Shown here: positions 11,726-24,650 of the stretch, piece after piece
How positions within the stretch are numbered: position 1 is the stretch's first letter
Layout of the letters: the number at the start of each line of letters is the position of its first letter
NCBI RefSeq assembly: GCF_006345805.1
Contig: NC_043018.1
Span: 28,644,001-28,708,000 of the forward strand
Source of the DNA: Octopus sinensis
Lineage: Eukaryota
Direction: 5' to 3'
Length of the DNA stretch: 64,000 nt
The notes under the pieces: model-generated
The model's input: the letters and a program-made list of their open reading frames with translations, nothing else
Databases searched by the model: none
Told to the model about the DNA's origin: nothing
Position numbers and translations under genes: made by a program

Positions 11726-14700
11726 CATATACATATATATGACAGGCTTCTTTCTGTTTCCGTCTACCAAATACTGGTACTTACTGTACCAGTATCTTTT
11801 GCCGAATCTCTAAGTGACAGGGACATAAACATACCAACACCAGTTGACAAACACACAAATACATATATACACACCATGGGTTTCTTTCAGTTTCCATCAC
11901 GAAATTGACTTATAAGGCTTTGGTTAGCCTGATGCTATAGTAGAAAACTCACTTGTCTAAGGTGCCATGCTGTGAAAGTGGACCAGGAACCATGTGGTTG
12001 GTGGGGCACACTTGTGTAGTTATGCCTCATTTTCTTCCTCTTTAATAGTTTCTTTGTGGCTGTGACTATAACATGAACAGATGTCACCTTTTACTGTTCG
12101 GTCACATACTTCTTAAATATCAATAACATAGCTAAAAGTTACTATAAAAAGAGAGCAGCTGACTTACTAAATACTAGGCTATCACATATAGCTTGTTTAC
12201 CAACCACATGGTTCCGGGTTCAGTCCCACTGCGTGGCACCTTGGGCAAGTGTCTTCTACTATAGCCTCGGGCCGACCAAAGCCTTGTGAGTGGATTTGGT
12301 AGACGGAAACTGAAAGAAGCCCATCGTATATATGTATATATATATGCGTGTGTGTGTTTGTGTGTCTGCGTTTGTCCCCATAGCATTGCTTGACAACCGA
12401 TGCTGGTGTGGTTATGTCCCCGTTACTTAGCGGTTCGGCAAAAGAGACCGATAGAATAAGTCCCGGGGTCGAGTTGCTCGATTAAAGGCGGTGCTCCGGC
12501 ATGGCCACAGTCAAATGACTGAAACAAGTAAAAGAGTAAAAAGAGAGTAAAGAGTAACCCCTTCAATCCTGAATGACCATAGGATTGGGCCTAGGAAGTT
12601 CCCCTCAAAAGTATAAGTCCAGGCAAGGTTGTTTATGGAAGACCAGCAGTCACCCATGCATATCAGTTTCCTCCTCTTTTGCCACCAATGTTATCCAAGG
12701 AAAAAGCAAAATTCAGCTGTACAAATTAATTGTTATGTCCCTGGTGCCAAGCTGTATCGAACTCATATTCTGATTATTGTAAACCCAAAGCTCCTAACCA
12801 CTGAGCCTTTTTAACAGAAACAGGTACAAATTAATACAATTCTAAAGCAGAATATGTTTAATCTTTATTAATCCACTTAAAAAATGAAAAAAACAAAACT
12901 ATTTTTGACACCCTGTGTGCAAATTAACCAACTTCAAAACCAGGGTCTGTTTATATATTACTAGCAGTATCGCCCGGCATTGCTCGGGTTGTTTCGACCC
13001 TTTAGAATTGGAATTTTTACATTATGTAGCTTGTTATTCTCTTTAAGTGAACATTTTTCTGGTTGAAGTACACTGAAAAATGGCGACACAGCAGTAAAAA
13101 AAATCGTAAAAAATAGAGATTTTCATAGAAAAAAGCACCTTTTTGATGTAATTATTTTTTTGGTGTTAAGACGGTCCGATTTGAAGAGCAAGCCTTCTTC
13201 TATCATACTTTCAATTTTGGTCAACTTGCACTGCAGGGTCTCAGAGGAGATAGTGTTAGTTGAAGGCTACCAAACCTGCCACACACAGACAACTTCAGCT
13301 TTATATATTTAGAGATTAGGATACAATATATTGTATGATATACGAGGGGCGTTCAGTAAGTAATGCCCCTGACCCACTTCCATAGCAGTAGAGCAACGAC
13401 ACTTGGCACAGTTATTAGTCTTTTCCTACATAGGAACTACCCAGAGTTATGCATTTCTCCCATCGTTTGATACAGCTCTGGAGACCGTTTTTGTAGAAGA
13501 CCCCAGCTTGGTCCTCCAACCACGACGTGACTTCAGAAAGCAAGGCTGCATCATCTGGGAAACGCTTTCCTTTCAAAATCAACTTCATGGCTGGGAAGAG
13601 ATGAAAATCAGAGGGTGCAAGGGGAGGAGTTCATAGCTGCATGCCTGTGCTTCTGATCTGGCGACACGCGAGTTGTGGATCGGAGCGTTGTCCTGCAGGA
13701 GGAGGATGCCTTTGCTGATCTTGCCCCGCCTCTTGATTTTGATAGCTTCTCTTAATTTCCTCAAAAGTGAAGCATAATAGACTCCTGTAATTGTGGCACC
13801 CTTTGCCAGGAAATCTGTCATCACTACTCCGTCCTGGTCCCAGAAGACTGTGAGCATAACCTTGTCAGCGGAGGGCTGCACCCTTGCCTTCTTTGGAGGA
13901 GGTGAGTCACGGTGCTTTCACTGCATTGACTGGGCTTTGGTCTATGGATCATAGTGATGGACCCAGGTTTTATCCTGTGTGATCAGTCTTTTGAAAAATT
14001 TTGACTCATCTTCTTGGCACATCTCCAAATTCATCCTCGAGCACTCAACGCGTTCTAGCTTTTGGAAAGGTGTGAGCAACCTGGAAATCCATGGCAGACA
14101 CCTTTTGCATATGCAAATGGTCATGAATGATAGTTTCCACAGACCCGGTACTAATCTTGACCTTATGGGTTATTTGGCGAATAGTTATGCGTTGACCTTC
14201 CAAAATGGCAGCCTCAACTTGACAGACAGACGTCTCATCAACGGCAGAAGGGGGAGACCAGATCTGGGAGCTGTTTCCACAGAGTTCCAACCGTGTTTGA
14301 ATTCACGATGCCAGCGTTTTACAAGGTCATATGATGAGGCATCATCACCATAAGTTACTTTCATTTCATCAAAAGTCTCCCGTGGTGTGCATCCTTTCAA
14401 ATACAAAAACCAGATCACTGCTCGACACTCAACAGGCTCCATTTCACACTTGGCTCAGTTCAAACACCTGTAAATCAGAAACCACAATTAGTTCAGAGCT
14501 GTAATTCGCCATTTAATCTATAGAGGTATAAATACGTGCACATGCACAGCTAGATCAAACAACTGCAAGTGGGTCAGGGGCATTACTTATTGAACGCCCC
14601 TCGTAGTACATTATTCCTGTAATTCTGGAAGACAGATAAGAGACCTGATACTGTGTTTATTTTGTTACTTATTTTTCCTACCTTAGATGAAGGAAAGCTT

Positions 14701-14997
14701 AGGTAGAGCCAAACAAGATTTGAACTTAAAATATAAAGGGACAGATATTTTTGTTTGGCATTATCACCAACTTTCCAGTCAACCGACCATATACACCCAC
14801 CACACATACACACATATTTGCATACTGTATATATAAATATATATATCGAACATAGCAAAGAAGTAGAAATAATAATTAGGTGATGTATAAAGTCCATGTT
14901 GTCAGTGAAGAGATTTAACTGAATATTCAAACAAGCAAAACAATTGGGAGTTCAAAGTTCAACTTCAGAATATACAAAATTAAGGAGTATTTCTCGT

Positions 14998-15029
<32 letters not shown>

Positions 15030-16741
15030 TAGTCCCAGGTCACAAATGATGAAGCAGACTTAAAAAGTGGATGTTCCAGTCTTGACCATTCAGGCATAGT
15101 GCATCTTGGAGTGCATTATCTGGTGTGTCTTTCATTTACTCTTTTACTCTCTTTTACTTGTTTCAGTCATTTGACTGTGGCCATGCTGGAGCACCACCTT
15201 TTTAGTCGAGCAAATCGACCCCAGGACTTATTCTTTGTAAGCCCAGTACTTGTTCTATCGGTCTTTTTTGCCGAACCGCTAAGTTACGGAGACATGAACA
15301 CACCAGCATCGGTTGTCAAGCGATGTTGGGGGGACAAACACAGACACACAAACATATACGCATACATATATATATATATACATATATACGACGGGCTTCT
15401 TTCAGTTTCCGTCTACCAAATCCACTCACAAGGCTTTGGTCGGCCCAAGGCTAAAGTAGAAGACACTTGCCCAAGTGCTTTCCTTCTTTTTTTTTTTTTT
15501 GCCAAACCTTAATTAGGGAAGAAATGACAACACTTTCAAAAGGTGTATTCTTTTTTTCCTTTATTCTGTTACATGTTTCAGTCATTTGACTGTGGCCATG
15601 CTGGAGCACTGCTTTAAAGAAATTGACACCACAACTTAGTCTTTGTAAGCCTAGTACTTATTCTGTTAGTCTCTTTTGCAGGTACATAAACACACCACTA
15701 CACAAAGGCACACACATATGAATATATGTCGAGCATGATCATTATATATATATATATATATATATACATACATAGTTAATCCAAACATGAAAACACAAGA
15801 ATACGAGGACGTGGAACAAGTATAGTGTTATTGGACGCTCAGGAAAAAAGGAAAGGGTTTAACGTTTCGAGCAGAGTTCTTCGTCAGAAACATAGGAAAA
15901 GGAAAGATCCAAAGAAGGGAAGACAGAGGAAAAAAAAATCACCAACGGTACACACGCGGTCACACTCACACACACATATATATATATATATAGAGCATGA
16001 TCGTTACCTGCGTCGCCTTACTGGCACTTGGATTGGAGTCGGGTGCAGCCAGACCTCAGTTAAATCAGACCTCAGTTAAATCGACCATGCTAGCATGGAA
16101 AGCGGGTGTCAAATGATGATAATGATATACAACAAGCTTCTTTCAGTTTCTGTCTACCAAATCCACTTACAAGGCTTTAGTCTGCCTGAGGATATAGTGG
16201 AAGGTGCCACACAGTGAGACTGAACCTGGAATCATGTGGATGGGAAGCAAGTGTCGTAACCACACAGCCACACCTCTATGAGTTTGTTTTGTACTTTATT
16301 TCTTTTTTTTTTTCTTTCCTTTTATGTGGAAGTTAGCAGGTTCAAATATTCGAAACAGTAGCAGGGACTCATGAATCAGGCAACAAATTGAGTCAACCAC
16401 CAAAAAGAGGGAAACCGGAAGAAGTCTCTCCATTAGGGTTCTGCACAGTTTCCTCTCTACCAAATTTTTCTTAACAATAAGAGGCATGCATTGCATTCCA
16501 TCTTGACCCATGCAAACATGAGAAACTGAGCTCTAAAACTGTGATACTCTTTTACTTGTTTCAGTCATATGACTGCGGCCATGCTGGAGCACCGCCTTTA
16601 GTTCAGCAAATCGACCCCGGGACTTATTCTTTGTAAGCCTAGTACTTATTCTATCGGTCTCTTTTGCCGAACCGCTAAGTTATGGGGATGTAAACACACC
16701 AGCATCGGTTGTCAAGTGACGTTGGGGGGTACAAACACTGA

Positions 16742-16785
<44 letters not shown>

Positions 16786-18054
16786 CGACAGGCTTCTTTC
16801 AGTTTCCATTTACAAATCCACTCACAAGGCTTTGGTCGGCCTGAGGCTATAGTAGAAGACACTTGCCCAAGGTACCATGCAGTGGGAATGAACCCGGAAC
16901 CATGTGGCTGGTAAGCAAGCTACTTACCACACAGCCACCCCTGCGCATACGCTAAAACAATAAAGATCCCGTTTGGTCATAAATAACCATGGGATTGCAC
17001 CTAGAAAGTTACCCTTCGAGGCATAAGTCTGGGCAAGGTTGTTTATGGAAGACCAGCAGTTGCCCGTGCATACCAGCCTCTCCTTTCCACATCATTGATG
17101 GAATCCAAGAGAAGGGCGAAAGTTGATGTAGCTTGACACCAGCAATGTCACAACTCATTTCTACAGCTGAGTGAACTGGAGAAATGTGAAATAAAGGGTC
17201 TTGCTCAAGAGTACAACACACAGTCCGGTCCAGGAATTGAACTCACTACTTCATGATCGTGAGTCTGATGCTCTAACCACTGACCTGTGTGCCACATACA
17301 CTACTGTAACAATAATTCTCTCAATAACTTTACTGTTAGAAAGCAGTGAGCTGGCAGAATCGTTAGCACACCGGGTAAAGTGCTTAGCAGTATTTTGTAT
17401 GTCTTTACGTTCTGAGTTCAAATTCCACCAAGGTCAACTTTGCCTTTCATCCTTTCGGGGTCAATAAATTAAGTATCAATTGCATACTGGGGTTGATCTA
17501 ATCTTTACTGTTATCTTTGTTTTGTTCTGTATTTCTGGGTCATTTTATCTGATTTATTCTAACGCAGAAAGTTAACCAATTATCTAGACAACTTTGGAAT
17601 ATATCTTTCTAAATTGTTTTTTACATAATGACTGCTTTGAAAAGACTGGTACACTTCCTTAATCCTATCTCTAGTTTCAAAGTCCTTTGAAAATATTTTA
17701 TTAAAATATAGGCATGGACATGGCTGTATGGTTAAGAACCTTGCTTTGTAACCACATGGTTTTGAGTTCAGTCTAACTGCTTGGCAGTTTGGATGAATGT
17801 CTTCTGCTATAGCTCTAAGGCCAACCATGCCTTGGCAGTGAAACTTGTAGACTGTATGGATAATAGTTGTGTGTGCATACATACATACATACATGTACAC
17901 ACTCTCTCTCTATTTATTTCCTTGTGTTCTTTATTGTTGAAGAGCATAGGCTCGAAATGTAAAAGACTTTCTCACCTTCTCGAGTGTCAAACTAATACAC
18001 CTGCTTGTTGTTTATAGACCTGCCTTCGTCTTTTGTTGTTCTGTAAATTTCAAC

Positions 18055-18087
<33 letters not shown>

Positions 18088-18682
18088 GTTTATATAGTTG
18101 AAAGAGAGTAAGATATATATATCTTGATGCAGTTTCTTTCCCATCAAAAAACCTGAAATAAAACTTTGTGTAGGCTTAACCGAAATTGCTGTATTTTATT
18201 CAAAATCAATGACATACTTCCTGACCACAAAAATGAAACATGCTATGACCTTCGTTCAAATTGAACTTACAGATCAACAAATTGATTTTTTCCATACTGT
18301 TACATATGATAGAATATTGTGGCACATTTTAATCACCCTTGTATTGTCGTCGTCATTTTACTGTCCTACTTTCTGTACATGAAATTTAGCAAGGCAGATT
18401 TTCTACTGTCAGATGCCCTAAGTGTCCCCAACCCTTGATTCCGAGTAAGGTAATATTTCTGTATGGCTGGACATATTCTTTTACTTCTTTCAGTTATTTG
18501 ACTGTGGCCATGCTGGAGCACTGCCTTTTTAGTCAAACAAGTTGCCCCCAGAACTTATTCTTTGTAAGCCTATTACTTATTCTATCGGTTTCTTTTACCA
18601 AATCTCTTAGTTACAGGAACGTAAACACACCAATATCAGTGTCAAGCGATGGTGGTAGGGGACAAACACACACACACACACA

Positions 18683-18717
<35 letters not shown>

Positions 18718-20430
18718 TGGTGGCATGTGTAAAAAGATTCGAGCGAGGTCGTTGCCAGTACCACCTGACTGGCCCCCATGTCAGTGGCACATAAAAAGCA
18801 CCCACTACGCTCTCAGAGTGGTTGGCATTAGGAAGTGCATGCAGCTGTAGAAAATCTGCCAAATCAATATTAGAGCCTGGTGCAGCCATCTGGTTCGCCA
18901 GACCTAGTCAAAATCGTCCAACCCATGCTAGCATGGAAAGCGGACGTTAAATGAAGATGATGATAATATATATATATATATATGTATATATATGTATATA
19001 TATACAATTTAAAAATAAGATAAAATCTTCATAAGAATTTATCAAGTAATCAGCATGAAAAACCTCATAAGAGAAAAAAATCCACCAATTTTTTCACTTA
19101 AATATATTTATTTATATTATATAGATGGCATTATTACACATAAATGCCACACGCTAGGAGGGACTCTTAAAGTCAAAACTACTAAAATAAATAAAAATAT
19201 CGTACTGAATGCAACTCTCAAAGCAAGTCATTTAAAAACAGAATTCAGCTGCAGATCACTGTGATTTCATAATCAGTGCAGTGGTGTGCACTCTTTACTC
19301 GTCAGTGCAAGCATAATTCAAGATTTATAATATATATATATATATATACCATTATCAATAATAACAAAGGGTGAAATTAATTAATTAAGAAGTAATCAGT
19401 AATTTCACCAAGTAGAATTTGGCATGAAAAGGACCATTTCATTGTAAGTTTAAGTAATACTATATAATTAGGGTTCAGCAACGATTTGCTTCACCACACA
19501 CCGAAGTTTAGAAATAGCAGTCAAAAAATCTTAGCTATTCCTTCTACTTTAAAGGGAGTTCCCAGAAAAACCAAAGCACTTGAAAAGAAACCACGCAGGC
19601 AAAAGGGAAAAAAATGACGAAAATCATTCTATATTAGGTTACCTACGGATGCGCGTTTCGGAATTGAGTCAGTATAAAGCATAAATAATAAATAATTATA
19701 CCTTACCCGACAATTTTCGTCTCTTCAGCGTAGGATTCCTCAATTATACCATTTCATGGTAAGTTTAATCAATACTATATAATTAGGGTTCAGCAACGAT
19801 TTGCTTCACCACACACCAAAGTTTAGAAATAGCAGTCAAAAAATCTTAGCTATTCCTTCTACTTTAAAGGTCCTTTTCATGCCGAATGCTACTTGGTGAA
19901 ATTACTGATTACTTCTTAATTAATTTCACCCTTGTTATTATTGATAATGGTATTTTTCTCCCAGAAAAAAACTGTAGCATCTTACTTTGGCAACACGCTG
20001 GAGGGCGAGGGAGGATGACTTACTCTCATTCATTTTTTGAATTTGGCGGCACTAGCACGGAATATGATCTCTCTGATACCGTTAGGTGAAGTGATGGTTT
20101 CCAGTGCCTTCAAATTTAATATGCAATTATTAATAATTGAGGTACAATTATTTATAATTGAGGAATCCTACGCTGAAGAGACGAAAATAGTCGGGTAAGG
20201 TATAATTATTTATTATTTATGCTTTATACTGACTCAATTCCGAAACGCGCGTCCGTAGGTAACCTAATATAGAATGATTTTCGTCATTTTTTTCCCTTTT
20301 GTCTGCGTGGTTTCTTTTCAAGTGCTTTGGTTTTTCTGGGAACTCCCTTTAAAGTAGAAGGATTTTTTGACTGCTATTTCTAAACTTTGGTGTGTGGTGA
20401 AGCAAATCATTGCTGAACCCTAATTATATA

Positions 20431-20465
<35 letters not shown>

Positions 20466-23400
20466 TCAATAAATGGTGGGGTTGTGTTGACCGCACGTAG
20501 AGAAATGATAAGCAAGGAAAAATTGTAAAAATGCAGAATGCTCGATTGAAAGAAAATTTTAATGAAATGAGAAAATGAAAAAATATATAAATATATATTT
20601 ATTCAAACCGGTTTTCGTCATAGTTTGACTTATCAAGAATAGTTAGGTGAAAAAGTTTTTTAAAAATGAGAAAGGGGAAAAAAAGTTGCATTGTTTTTTG
20701 CAAAAGAATAATAATAAATATGTATAAAAATTAAAAAATAAGTACTCCGATACATTGTGAGTTCGTTGTATATCTTGAGTTTAATGATTGTTCACGAAAA
20801 AATTACCTTGAGGTATTAGGATCCAATGGGATTAAGGCCATGTGTTGTTTGGTTTAATTAAGGATGTTGGCAAAACAGGAAGTAGTAGTAATTGTGGTTC
20901 TTCAGTTCCTGTGTTGTGAATAAGGGGAGACAACTCTTTTGAGTTCTTCAATAAAGGCTGCTGATAAACCCCAAATTATAAAATTGTCATTTTAGCTTCA
21001 TTTGCATTATCTTTTTTATATAATTGTTTGTTAACTTTCAGATTTTAACACTTTATTTATATTATTTTCTAATTATATAAATTTGCATAGACAATTACAT
21101 TTCAGATTGTTATATCATAAATAATAAAGATGATGGTAATAACAAAAATAGTAAAAATGATATTTAAAGAATATAAGTTTTAGCTTGAAGTGATGAATCT
21201 ATGGAATCCTTATATATTTGTGTGAGTCCATCCATGAAGAATGAGGTAGAAAAGGGAAGTTTGATCAACAAGGAGTTTGTATATTAAGTTGTGTTTAGAA
21301 TTTTTCAATAAAGAGATTCTCCTTGTTAATTCTCTCCTGTGTGGTGATCCCGTCTTTACATTGGTAGAAGGGGAATATATAGAATTTGGGGTTTAAGTCT
21401 TTAGCGCATGAGTCTATGTGGTCACTCAGTGGAATTTGTCGTATTCCGGGAGATTTATTTGTTCTTTATGCACCGCTACTCGTTTACGTAACGGGAGACT
21501 CGTTTGTCCAACATAATTATGTTGGCAACCAGCGCATGTGAGAACGTAGATAAGGTTCTCGGTGGAACAGGAGAAGTTAGTCTTGATTTTAAACTTCGTA
21601 CCTTGTTTGAAGGTAAATTCAGAGCCTTCAAGTAGGAGGGGGCAGGTACCACAGTTTGGGCGTGCACATTTTTTTACTGCTGGGGGTGGATGTGGTGTGT
21701 GAAGTTTGGCATTTGTCAAGAGTTTTTTTAAAGATTTGTGTTGCCTTTTACATTTGAGGATTTTGTGTGTATTTATGTTTTTCATTTTTGGGTCTGTTGA
21801 CAGTAGACTGAGGTTTTGTATGATTGTGGTGTATGCTTCGATATTTTTGGGGTTGTGGGTGGAAATGTATGGAAGTATTTTGAGGTTGTGTGTGGTGTTA
21901 GGTTGGGTAGTTTTCAGTGTAATGTTATCTAGTTCTTTGGCGCGTTTTATTCCATACTCTATAAGGGTGGAGGGATATTGGCGTTGTAGTAGTGTTTTTT
22001 TGAGGTCTTGAAGGCGTATTTCTCATGTTTTTGGATCCAAGACAATGGTGCATACCCTTTTAGCCAAATTGAAAGGGATATTTGTCTTGGTGTGTTTTGG
22101 GTGGCATGAACTAAAGAGGAGGTATTGTTGTGAGTCTGTGGGTTTGTGGTAGATATCTGTTATGATTTGGTTCTTAGGTGTTTTTATAATTAGGAGATCA
22201 AGGAATGGGAGATGATGTTTGCTTAATTCCATAGTGAGTTGGATGTTGGGATGTATCTTGTTTAGTATGGTTTTGAATTCCAGGAGTTTTTCATAAGGTT
22301 CTTTCCATATGATGAAACAATCATCCAAATACCTTTTCCAGTTTTCCTTTAGGTAGGTGTGGAAAACATGTCCAAATTTCTGGCATGATATTTCATAGTG
22401 ATAGTTCGAAGAAACCATTATGAGGTTCGCAAGGACTGGTGCAGCCTTGGTACCCATCGCAATACCACATTTTTGACGGTAGTGTGTGTCGTCGAAGAGA
22501 AAAAAATTGTTGGTCAGAATGAACTTGAGAGATTCTGTAATAAAAGTCTTGTTAATGCGGTCAGGGAATGTCTCTGGGTGTTTTTCTAGCCAGAAGTCAA
22601 TTGCCTCTATACCATATTCATGTGGGATGTTGGTGTAGAGGTTGATGACATCAAAAGATACCAGGAGCGCCTCCTCGTTAACTGTTTTCGGGAGGTGTTT
22701 GAGCATGTCCAGATCATCCCTAATGAAACTTTTGATGTGGGTAAGGAAAGGTTTCAAAAGGATGTCTAGGAAATTACTCAGGCGGTGTGTTTCACAGGAG
22801 GTGCCAGCCACGATGGGCCTTAGTTTTAGGTCCTCCGGTGCTTTGATGTTGATGTTGATGTCAGTGGAGAGTTTGCAGGCTTCGGTGATGTATTTGTTTT
22901 TATGGATTTTAGGAAGGCCATAAAAAAGGCTGGGCTTGCATTTGAAATTGGTGATATAATCCCTTTCTTTTTCTGTGAGTCCCTGACCGTGTTGGCGTAT
23001 GAGTGTGGTGAGGTTTCTGATTGTTTTTTGCTGTTTATAGTTGTTAATAACCTCATAGAAAATGTTATTGTTAAGCATGGAAAGCACTAGGTGTTTATAA
23101 AATTCCGTGTCCATAAGTACCACAGAGCTCCCTTTATCAGCTTCTTTAATGGTAAGGTTTTTATCCAGTTGTATGTCACGTAGGTTTTCCCATTCTTCCT
23201 TACTGAAATTGGATTTTACCTTGGTTTTGCTTGGGGTAAAGGGGAGACTCTGGATGTGTTTGCAAAAATCGTTCAGTGTTTTATTTCTCCCTTTTGATGG
23301 TAGGAAGTTGCTTTTATTTCTGATCAATGAATCGTCCCCATTGTTGATATCTGTCAAGGCTTCTGTTAGACGTCATCCTTGACCTCCGGGGGGTTGGGTG

Positions 23401-24606
23401 TTCTTGGGGTGGGTGTGAATTTCAAACCTCTTGCTAGGATGTTGATTTGGGTTGGTGTCAGTGTTTTGATGGAGAGGTTTATAATTTTTGTTTTCTTATT
23501 TTGGGTCTGTGTTAGCGGTGGTGTTTGTATTTTTCCCCTCTGTCTAAAAAATGGTTGTTGAGGTGAGGGGTGTATTGTCTGTTAAAGTTCTGGTTGTATG
23601 TGTAGGAGTGTTTTTGGGTGGGGAGGTTGGAGGGGGGTAGGTAGTTGTAGTATTTATGTTGGTATCGGATGCGATGGTGTAAGGTTTTGTGAGAAATGCG
23701 ATGGGTTTGTGGGTGTGTGTATGGTAGATTGTATGGGGGGATGTAGGGGGGTATGTAGTTGTGGTGATTGGGTTCGTGTGGGATGTGAGGGTTTGGAGAT
23801 CTGTAGGAAATGTGGTAGGAATGTGGTTGTTGGATGGGTGGACTATAAGGGGTTCGTTGGGTGGGTATTATATGTATCGGTGTGGGTAGGATGCCTTGTT
23901 TGTTATTAGTGTGAGGGAGGGGAGCATTGAGGGGGGGGGATAATTCCTAGTGTATGGGAGGTTCTTGATGGTTCTTGTCGGTGGGGGAGGGGTGTTAGAG
24001 TGACTGGAAAACCAGGTTTTGTGGTGGGTCTTGTTTGAGACGTTTCGGGGAGGAAAAGGTTTTTTATATGGTTGGGGGAGGTTGTGTCCTGTTAGGAGAG
24101 GGTTTGGAGAGTATGTGTATTTGAGGTGCAGTTTGGGGTGGTGTTTATGGGGTACAGTGGAAGTCTGTGTTGTGGGTACTTTTATGAATGGGTTTTTGGA
24201 TTTATGGTTTAATATGAATTGTGTTTCATAGTTGAGGAAGAAATCTTTGTTGTTTTCCCAGCGTTTAAGGGAGGTTCGTTCTTCCTTTTCACATTCATCT
24301 TTCCATAGTTTAATAACAAGTTTGAGGGGCTGTTCGTTGGTGTGTGAGGTTAGTTCTAGAAGTATCTCATCATCGATTTTTGTGTATTTTTGTTCGTGGT
24401 TTTGTGCTCTGAGTTTTAGAAGTTCTACTTCAGTTTTCATTTTTTCCAATGTTAGTTTTTCTCTTAGGGAGCGTTGTTTTTCAGGCTCGTCTGGGATGTG
24501 TTTGATTTGGAATTTTCGGGGTAGTATGATAGGGGAGGAGTTTAACCATTTGTCGTAAATTTCAGCTTTGTTTTGGTTTTTGAGCATGTTCCAGAAGAGA
24601 AGTTTT

Positions 24607-24650
<44 letters not shown>

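Larger units (their letters stand above)
19347..20433. mobile_element. Mosaic of direct and inverted PLE pseudo-LTR segments
   Basis: A 19347-19435 inverted at 19869-19952; B 19434-19555 repeated directly at 19749-19870 and inverted at 20346-20433; C 19555-19750 inverted at 20152-20346; (TA)n on both sides; hammerhead cores in C. Confidence 0.75.
20463..24608 (-). mobile_element. Penelope-like retroelement (Neptune/Naiad-type architecture), 5'-truncated and decayed, in MFSD11 intron 1
   Basis: N-terminal domain (24608-23868), low-complexity P/H/T linker, PLE RT, CxxxxCxxC linker and GIY-YIG endonuclease, followed by an AT-rich 3' region with a hammerhead motif; (TA)n on both sides. Confidence 0.92.

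Noticed and set aside
22023-23375. In-frame TGA codons in the PLE as selenocysteine recoding (described for some Naiad elements)
   Set aside because: The TGAs (DPKT*EIRL, GGQG*RLT) are not at cysteine-motif positions and fit CGA-to-TGA decay. All linker and endonuclease cysteines use TGT/TGC, TAA stops and frameshifts are also present, and I saw no SECIS.
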